64,000 bases of DNA from Squalus acanthias (lineage: Eukaryota), in assembly GCA_030390025.1 (NCBI GenBank), contig CM059439.1, forward strand, positions 59,954,001 to 60,018,000. Direction: 5' to 3'. Both the position numbers and the translations under genes were made by a program. Positions 61,401 to 64,000 of the stretch are shown one piece after another. How positions within the stretch are numbered: position 1 is the first letter of the stretch; every line of letters begins with the position of its first letter. Under the pieces are notes generated by a model. That model worked only from the letters and a program-made list of their open reading frames with translations, had not been told where the DNA came from and searched no databases.

Positions 61401-61778
61401 CTGTTTCTCTCTCCACGGATGCTGCCTGGCCTGCTGAGTGTTTCCAGCATTTTCTGTTGTTATATCAGTTTGATTTGCTGTTTTACAACTTACTTTAGTA
61501 AAGATAATGAATAATGACAATATACCTTCATATACTAACTGGTGCATCGTTCGTAACAGGACAAAGGTGAATTATATTCAGAAAGAATTCAGTTAAGGAA
61601 AAGTTCTGTTACGTACCATAGACTTCTAATGTGTATTCCTTCATGCTATTTCCAGCAACATTAGATGCCACACAAGTGTAGGATGCACTGTCAGATGTTT
61701 TAGCATTTGAGATCTGCAATTGTCGCCCACCAGAGACAACACGGACTTGTCCAGTATGGTCATTCAGCAATGGGGAAC
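1284..61778 (-). CDS. HMCN1: Hemicentin-1, internal part (19 coding exons, tandem Ig I-set domains); gene extends beyond both window ends
   Basis: Spliced exons give 963 codons of repeated VPP..L.C...G.P.P.I.W.KDG...GR.LQI......D.GRY.C.A.N.AG domains. Diagnostic segments ([67 protein letters not shown]) match human HMCN1 in order, as recalled. All introns are GT-AG with compatible phases. Confidence 0.96.
2749..3180 (+). mobile_element. SacSINE1/DeuSINE-type tRNA-derived SINE
   Basis: tRNA-like head (gctcagttggtagcac...ggttcaag) and Deu-like core (cagtactgagggagtgctgcactgt...gatgagatgttaaac...gtggatgtaaaagatcccatg); a further fragment at about 3200-3480. Confidence 0.8.
3525..3978 (-). mobile_element. 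SacSINE1/DeuSINE-type SINE, well-preserved copy
   Basis: Reverse complement of the same family from head (tgtcagctgtggctcagtggg) to tail (ataaatgcaagtctttc). Confidence 0.85.
4526..4607 (-). CDS. HMCN1: HMCN1 exon 18 in window: [27 protein letters not shown]
   Basis: Acceptor cactgtag, donor gtaagc; 82 nt, phase 0-1. Confidence 0.93.
6213..9916 (-). pseudogene. Gypsy gag-pol pseudogene (zinc knuckles, protease, truncated RT, RNase H, integrase)
   Basis: ORF fragments: CYRCSGNH..C and [12 protein letters not shown]; RPVPYALK; NQDDVLI; [13 protein letters not shown] and IEKEALAI; HPGI...WPGLDSD...C..C; SDNGPQF and PPYHSASNG; many frameshifts and stops. Confidence 0.92.
9917..10359 (+). mobile_element. 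HE1/V-SINE-type SINE with CR1 (HER1)-like tail, nested in the Gypsy 5' UTR
   Basis: tRNA A/B boxes (ggtggcatagtggttagc...gggttcgaatc), V-domain ctgtgtggagtttgcacattctccccgtgtctgcgtgggtttcctccggg, tail gggccgaatggcctactcctgctcct. Confidence 0.88.
10820..11228 (+). mobile_element. Old SacSINE1/DeuSINE-type copy
   Basis: Diverged match to 2749-3180. Confidence 0.7.
11240..11480 (+). mobile_element. AmnSINE2-like ancient SINE; relatives at about 24470-24815(-), 30960-31155(-), 36535-36690(+), 48549-48800(-), 60440-60595(-)
   Basis: Shared motifs cagaccaggaa..aggtttgatccctg..gctgatctc..gctacaat..cagtga..gtgtggacatc.ggtgagg; family name from recalled consensus. Confidence 0.55.
11630..11995 (+). 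mobile_element. LF-SINE-like ancient SINE
   Basis: Colinear blocks cactggattcaactccagcccag / tgaaatgtg / tccagttcctggtggg / gcactaattg / ggttgaggcaca resemble the recalled LF-SINE consensus. Confidence 0.5.
12947..13186. mobile_element. Penelope-like element pseudo-LTR fold-back insertion
   Basis: Perfect 106-bp inverted arms 12975-13080 and 13084-13189; 12-bp TSD TCCTTTTTATAA (12935-12946, 13187-13198). Confidence 0.8.
13096..13131 (+). ncRNA. Minimal type I hammerhead ribozyme motif (mirror copy on minus strand 13033-13068)
   Basis: UAC-CUGAGGA-A-GGGGC(GACA)GCUCC-GAAA-GC-UU-GUA: core, stem II, palindromic AAGCUU stem III, stem I UAC/GUA. Confidence 0.6.
13471..14427 (+). mobile_element. 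Penelope-like pseudo-LTR insertion (second family), interrupted by a MITE
   Basis: 15-bp TSD GTATGATTGTAATAT (13456-13470, 14428-14442); tail ctctctccacagatgctgcctgacctgctgag...cagtattttgctttt; hammerhead core at 13510-13543. Confidence 0.78.
13544..14323. mobile_element. PIF/Harbinger-like MITE
   Basis: TIRs GGCCCAGATTTTGCAGTC...GACCACAAAATCCAGGCC; 3-bp TSD GTT/ATT; arms related to 35510-36264. Confidence 0.75.
14525..14727 (-). CDS. HMCN1: HMCN1 exon 17 in window: [44 protein letters not shown]...LEITGAE
   Basis: Acceptor tcatacag, donor gtaagg; 203 nt, phase 1-0. Confidence 0.94.
15080..16440 (-). mobile_element. Old L2-type LINE 3' fragment
   Basis: L2-like tail (caacaacttccatttatat..) and ORF2 remnants (LTYIGFQ.., WNCLLKP..L..SFKNLLK). 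Confidence 0.65.
17588..18351 (+). mobile_element. Truncated mini-Harbinger (transposase-side half)
   Basis: Reverse-complement homology to about 53513-54186; TIR-like GGCTGCAATTTTGC; Q/H-rich start [15 protein letters not shown] and C-terminal [14 protein letters not shown]. Confidence 0.7.
18405..18888 (-). mobile_element. Old CR1-type LINE 3' fragment; further CR1 pieces at about 19180-19465, 20040-20500, 31320-31480, 39580-39800, 56640-57140
   Basis: CR1/HER1-like tail gaatggcctcctcct..ctgtaaaattcta.. and [11 protein letters not shown]-type ORF2 remnants. Confidence 0.65.
20893..21006 (-). CDS. HMCN1: HMCN1 exon 16 in window: [37 protein letters not shown]
   Basis: Acceptor gtctcccag, donor gttcgt; 114 nt; manual translation. 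Confidence 0.93.
23761..23922 (-). CDS. HMCN1: HMCN1 exon 15 in window: [27 protein letters not shown]...ILILPG
   Basis: ORF 23690..23935; acceptor tttcacag, donor gtaaga; 162 nt. Confidence 0.95.
24189..24285 (-). CDS. HMCN1: HMCN1 exon 14 in window: [32 protein letters not shown]
   Basis: Acceptor ctaacag, donor gtgagt; 97 nt, phase 0-1; manual translation. Confidence 0.94.
25343..25546. mobile_element. Penelope-like pseudo-LTR fold-back insertion (same family as 12947)
   Basis: Inverted arms 25341-25420 and 25426-25506; 13-bp TSD CCATTAAACATAA (25330-25342, 25547-25559). Confidence 0.8.
25392..25428 (-). ncRNA. Minimal type I hammerhead ribozyme motif on the HMCN1 sense strand
   Basis: UCAC-CUGAUGA-A-GGAGC(AGC)GCUCC-GAAA-GC-UU-GUGA; stem I UCAC/GUGA. 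Confidence 0.62.
25585..25772 (-). CDS. HMCN1: HMCN1 exon 13 in window: [27 protein letters not shown]...NGRTLQ
   Basis: Overlaps ORF 25501..25722; acceptor catctag, donor gtgtgg; 188 nt, phase 1-0. Confidence 0.94.
26224..26337 (-). CDS. HMCN1: HMCN1 exon 12 in window: [37 protein letters not shown]
   Basis: ORF 26177..26404; acceptor ccattag, donor gtgagt; 114 nt. Confidence 0.95.
28060..28285 (-). mobile_element. SacSINE1-type 3' fragment; similar fragments at about 50350-50650(-) and 51505-51605(+)
   Basis: gaaagaagaatgaacttgcattta..gaagtacttttgaagtgtagtcactgttgtaatg matches 3525-3700. Confidence 0.7.
28460..29010 (-). mobile_element. Old Penelope-like element 3' fragment (GIY-YIG remnant plus pseudo-LTR)
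   Basis: Degenerate reading ..[16 protein letters not shown].. resembles GIY-YIG YIGETKRRLGDRFAEHL; pLTR-like cagcatttgtctgttttcatttcagacc. Confidence 0.55.
29817..30023 (-). CDS. HMCN1: HMCN1 exon 11 in window: VPPSFVKP...[13 protein letters not shown]...VLILPG
   Basis: ORF 29716..30060; acceptor tatttag, donor gtatga; 207 nt. Confidence 0.95.
30623..30773 (-). CDS. HMCN1: HMCN1 exon 10 in window: [20 protein letters not shown]...YDVNVQ
   Basis: ORF 30618..30803; acceptor ttcccag, donor gttaga; 151 nt, phase 0-1. Confidence 0.94.
32480..32625 (-). CDS. HMCN1: HMCN1 exon 9 in window: [32 protein letters not shown]...YKDGQ
   Basis: ORF 32456..32665; acceptor tgcctag, donor gtgtgt; 146 nt, phase 1-0. 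Confidence 0.94.
32793..32906 (-). CDS. HMCN1: HMCN1 exon 8 in window: [37 protein letters not shown]
   Basis: Acceptor actttag, donor gtaagt; 114 nt; manual translation. Confidence 0.94.
34206..34887. mobile_element. Harbinger-like MITE (different family)
   Basis: Imperfect TIRs GGCCCCGATTTT...GAAATCGACCCC, subterminal inverted gggtgggtag/ctacccaccc; flanks TAC/TAT. Confidence 0.55.
35510..36264. mobile_element. PIF/Harbinger-like MITE
   Basis: TIRs AGGCCGTATTTTACGA...TCGCAAACGTTGGCCC; TSD ATT/ATT; AT-rich core; homologous to 13544-14323 and, inverted, to 12420-13421. Confidence 0.72.
36689..37531 (-). mobile_element. Truncated mini-Harbinger (Myb/SANT-side half)
   Basis: Reverse-complement homology to 52585-53413; TIR GTAAAATCCAGCCC; frameshifted [18 protein letters not shown]...AWLHIAQE. 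Confidence 0.8.
37532..37753. mobile_element. Right arm of host MITE (homologous to 54187-54408)
   Basis: ggattcttcaatctcattggtt...agatcccctatagaggg...gaccgcaaaatccgggcc followed by ATT. Confidence 0.75.
38519..39461 (+). mobile_element. CR1-group non-LTR retrotransposon 3' fragment with poly(A) end
   Basis: RT motifs [41 protein letters not shown]; ends AATAAAAAAAA. Confidence 0.85.
41820..42885 (+). mobile_element. L2-type LINE 3' fragment
   Basis: [25 protein letters not shown]; tail gttaaaggcgctatataaatgcaac. Confidence 0.8.
43000..44626 (+). mobile_element. CR1 (HER1-like) LINE, 5'-truncated and internally deleted
   Basis: [56 protein letters not shown]; tail gccgaatggcc...(attctatg)n. 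Confidence 0.9.
45401..45574 (-). CDS. HMCN1: HMCN1 exon 7 in window: [31 protein letters not shown]...QILPG
   Basis: ORF 45369..45575; acceptor catccag, donor gtaaat; 174 nt. Confidence 0.95.
46220..47000. mobile_element. hAT-type MITE with pyrimidine-rich tandem core
   Basis: Perfect 14-bp TIRs TAGGGTTGCCAACT...AGTTGGCAACCCTA; decayed 8-bp flanks CCCAGCGC/CTCTGCAC; about 35-bp tandem units at 46550-46635. Confidence 0.75.
47472..47663 (-). CDS. HMCN1: HMCN1 exon 6 in window: [21 protein letters not shown]...NFNLNVL
   Basis: Overlaps ORF 47149..47637; acceptor (t)n cgtgaaaag, donor gtaggt; 192 nt. Confidence 0.93.
48862..49617 (-). mobile_element. CR1 (HER1-like) LINE fragment
   Basis: [28 protein letters not shown] 49174..49383 and CR1 tail. 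Confidence 0.85.
49979..50065 (-). CDS. HMCN1: HMCN1 exon 5 in window: [30 protein letters not shown]
   Basis: Acceptor aaatag, donor gtaaga; 87 nt; manual translation. Confidence 0.92.
52585..54186 (+). mobile_element. Non-autonomous Harbinger derivative (about 1.6 kb) with convergent Myb and transposase remnants
   Basis: Imperfect TIRs GGCCAAGATTTTCC...GGAAAATTCTGCCT; Myb exon on +, transposase termini on -. Confidence 0.78.
52853..53092 (+). pseudogene. Harbinger Myb/SANT-like (MSANTD/NAIF1-type) DNA-binding domain exon, 80 open codons
   Basis: [33 protein letters not shown]...[35 protein letters not shown] followed by donor-like gttagt. Confidence 0.7.
54722..54835 (-). CDS. HMCN1: HMCN1 exon 4 in window: [37 protein letters not shown]
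   Basis: Acceptor ttttcccacag, donor gtatat; 114 nt; manual translation. Confidence 0.93.
55865..56534. mobile_element. PIF/Harbinger-like MITE with a nested GC-rich fragment (about 55945-56143)
   Basis: TIRs GGCCCAGAGTTTGCTGAA...TTCAGCAAATTCTGGGCC; TSD ATT/ATT; right part homologous to 1-391. Confidence 0.72.
57276..57443 (-). CDS. HMCN1: HMCN1 exon 3 in window: [10 protein letters not shown]...ALRILSG
   Basis: ORF 57208..57468; acceptor ctcttag, donor gtaagc; 168 nt. Confidence 0.95.
58745..59026 (-). CDS. HMCN1: HMCN1 exon 2 in window: complete Ig domain VRPTISNSG...YDLNIH
   Basis: ORF 58737..59054; acceptor ttaacag, donor G|gtaagt; 282 nt. Confidence 0.95.
60032..60404. repeat. 54-bp inverted repeat (1 mismatch), 265-bp spacer
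   Basis: 60032-60085 versus 60351-60404, read directly. Confidence 0.9.
61314..61460. mobile_element. Penelope-like pseudo-LTR fold-back remnant (family of 13471-14427)
   Basis: 15-bp TSD TATATCAGTTTGATT (61299-61313, 61461-61475); inverted catccgtggagaga/tctccacggatg arms. Confidence 0.72.
61617..61778 (-). CDS. HMCN1: HMCN1 exon (1st in window): [54 protein letters not shown]
   Basis: Acceptor ttttatttgcag, donor G|gtacgt; 162 nt, phase 1-1; not in ORF track, translated manually. Confidence 0.93.
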
Positions 61779-62610
61779 CTGCAAATAAAAGTAATAAGTA
61801 ACAAGATAGGTTCTATGAAAAACACTATAGCAAGATTTTGTAGAAATGTAATCATAATATATAATGGCTTCATTACTCCATAACAGCAATCGAGCACTTC
61901 CCTGAAAGCCACATGGTTGCAGGTTTAATAAGCCATAAATGAGAAGAATTTTAGAAGATCTACAGTTTCCTACCCCTCGCCCTTTGAATTATGTCTTCTT
62001 GATGCAATACATAACCTCTTGAATATTCTATTGTCAGTCATTAATACATAGAGAGGGTAGAGCAACTGGGATCATGTAACTAAAGAACAAAGTGGGAAGA
62101 ATATTTTTTTTAATAATGATGAAAGTCTAGTAATACATCCATTCGATACCTGACATTCCAATTCAGTCAAAATAGAAAGGATCAAATATGCCAAATTGGA
62201 CAGTTTGTCAATATTATAAACTACAAAGTTCAGTGCAGCAATAACATTTCACTACTAGACATCAACAAAAAATGTAATAAATATTTAATCAATATCATAT
62301 GAATAGCTTCTATTTTCAGAAAGCTAGGTGTAGCAGTGGTAGGAAATCCTCTTTGGAGATGCAGCTGAGACCTGAACAAAGTAATTCCACAAACTGATAA
62401 GCAGATTTGAGTGTTGACTTACTCTCGGATTCGAACCGGTGATCAAAGAGGGATCATATTGCCAGGTCCAAATATTCAGTCTCAGCCAATATGGGCACTT
62501 CAATAATGATCACAATGTATGAATCATTGTCAAGTCATGCATGCTAAAATTAGTTTAAGTACAAACCAAAGCTAAGTCTTCAACTTGTTTCCCTGGACCC
62601 CATTCCCACT

Positions 62611-63421
62611 AAACAACAACAACAACAACAATTTGTATTTATATAGTTCCTTTAACATAGTAAAACGCCCCAAGGTGTTTCACAGAAGTATTATAAGACA
62701 AAAAATTGACACCGAGCCACATAAGGAGAAATTAGGGCAGATGACCAAAAGCTTGGTCAAAGAGGTAGGTTTTAAAGAGCGTCTTAAAGGAGGAAAGAGA
62801 GGTTGCGAGGCGGAGAGGTTTAGGCAGGGAATTCCAGAGCTTAGGGCCAAGGCAGCTGAAGGCACGGCCGCCAATGGTTGAGCGATTATAATCAGGGATG
62901 CTCAATAGGGCAGAATTAGTGGAGCGCAGATATCTCGGGGGGCTTGTGGGGCTGGAGGAGATTACAGAGATAGGGAGGAGCGAGGCCATGGAGGGATTTG
63001 AAAACAGGGATGAGAATTTTAAAACTGAGGCATTGCTTAACTGGGAGCCAATGTAGGTCAGCGAGCACAAAGGTGATGGGTGAATGGGACTTGATGCGAG
63101 TTAGGACACGGGCAGCCGAGTTTTAGATGACCTCACGTTTACGTAGGGTAGAATGTGGGAGGCCGGCCAGGAGTGCGCTGGAATAGTCAAGACTAGAGGT
63201 AACAAAGGCCTGGATGAGGGTTTCAGCAGCGGATGAGCTGAGGCAAGGGCGGAGACGAGCAATCCTACGGAAGTGGTAATAGGCGGTCTTAGTTATGCCG
63301 CGGATGTGTGGTCGGAAGCTCATTTCACGGTCAAATATGACACCAAGGTTGTGAACAGTGTGGTTCAGCCTCAGACAGATGTTAGGGAGAGGATGGCGTC
63401 AGTGGCTAGGGAACGGAGTTT
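62611..63421 (-). mobile_element. L2-type LINE 3' fragment with (GTT)n tail
   Basis: [61 protein letters not shown]; (caa)n at 62611-62630. Confidence 0.88.
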
Positions 63422-63704
63422 TTATGTATATTTGAAAACATTTGTTCAAACTATATTTCTAAAAACAATAATTACTGCATACCAACCTGAGCACACCAAA
63501 TGAGAGAAATGCGTGCATTTGCTCCAAGTTCATATTGGTTGCTTTGAAATTTGCATGTTTTGGATGTTTAAGTTAACAACATAGTACTGCATAACATTTC
63601 TTCGGGAATGTAACATATGAACAAATGGAAAATAACGGAGAGGAAAAGACCAACTGGTCTATCCAGCCTGTGCTATGATGCCTTATGCATCACAATACAT
63701 ACAT

Positions 63705-64000
63705 TCCTGAAACTGCTGACTACCCAACTTCTCTTCCTAGCCCCCATTCTAGCTGATATTGTAAATGGTTCCCTCTTCTCAGGTATTGTTTCCCTCCCTT
63801 TCAAAATTACAATCATCACCTTCCTCCCCAACAAAACCCTCTCTCGAATACTCTGTCCTTGAAAACTACCACCCCATTTACAATCTCCCTTTCCTCTCCA
63901 AAGTCTTTGAATGTGCTGCCCGTGTTCTAACTCGCACCAAGTCCCCTCCCAAATTCCACACCCAACTTTCCCTCAACTCCATGTCTGAATCCTTCCAATT
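63705..64000 (+). mobile_element. L2-type LINE internal fragment
   Basis: LAPILADIVNGSLFSGIVSLPFK and decayed NYRPISNLPFLSKV motif. Confidence 0.6.

Noticed and set aside
140-63862. Most short ORFs in the six-frame track
   Set aside because: Eukaryotic intronic DNA; these ORFs are antisense to HMCN1 exons, fragments of decayed transposons, or lack recognisable motifs

Overview
Vertebrate genomic DNA, almost certainly from a cartilaginous fish (shark-type SINE and LINE families). The window lies entirely inside a hemicentin-1 (HMCN1) gene on the minus strand. I reconstructed 19 GT-AG coding exons (61778 down to 1284; 2,889 nt, 963 codons, consistent phases) encoding nine complete and two half Ig domains, colinear with human HMCN1 as I recall it. 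Introns are dense with mobile DNA: a decayed Gypsy LTR retrotransposon with very short LTRs; CR1- and L2-type LINE fragments; HE1/V-SINE, SacSINE1/DeuSINE, AmnSINE2-like and LF-SINE-like SINEs; a hAT MITE; and a family of PIF/Harbinger-like MITEs with 3-bp ANT target duplications. Three observations stand out. (1) Small Penelope-derived insertions, some of them fold-back hairpins, carry minimal hammerhead-ribozyme motifs with covarying stems. (2) A non-autonomous mini-Harbinger keeps a Myb/SANT exon plus fused transposase termini and abuts the same position of the same host MITE twice, in opposite orientations. (3) Several short local templated duplications are present. Repeat-family names come from recalled consensus sequences, not from a database search.
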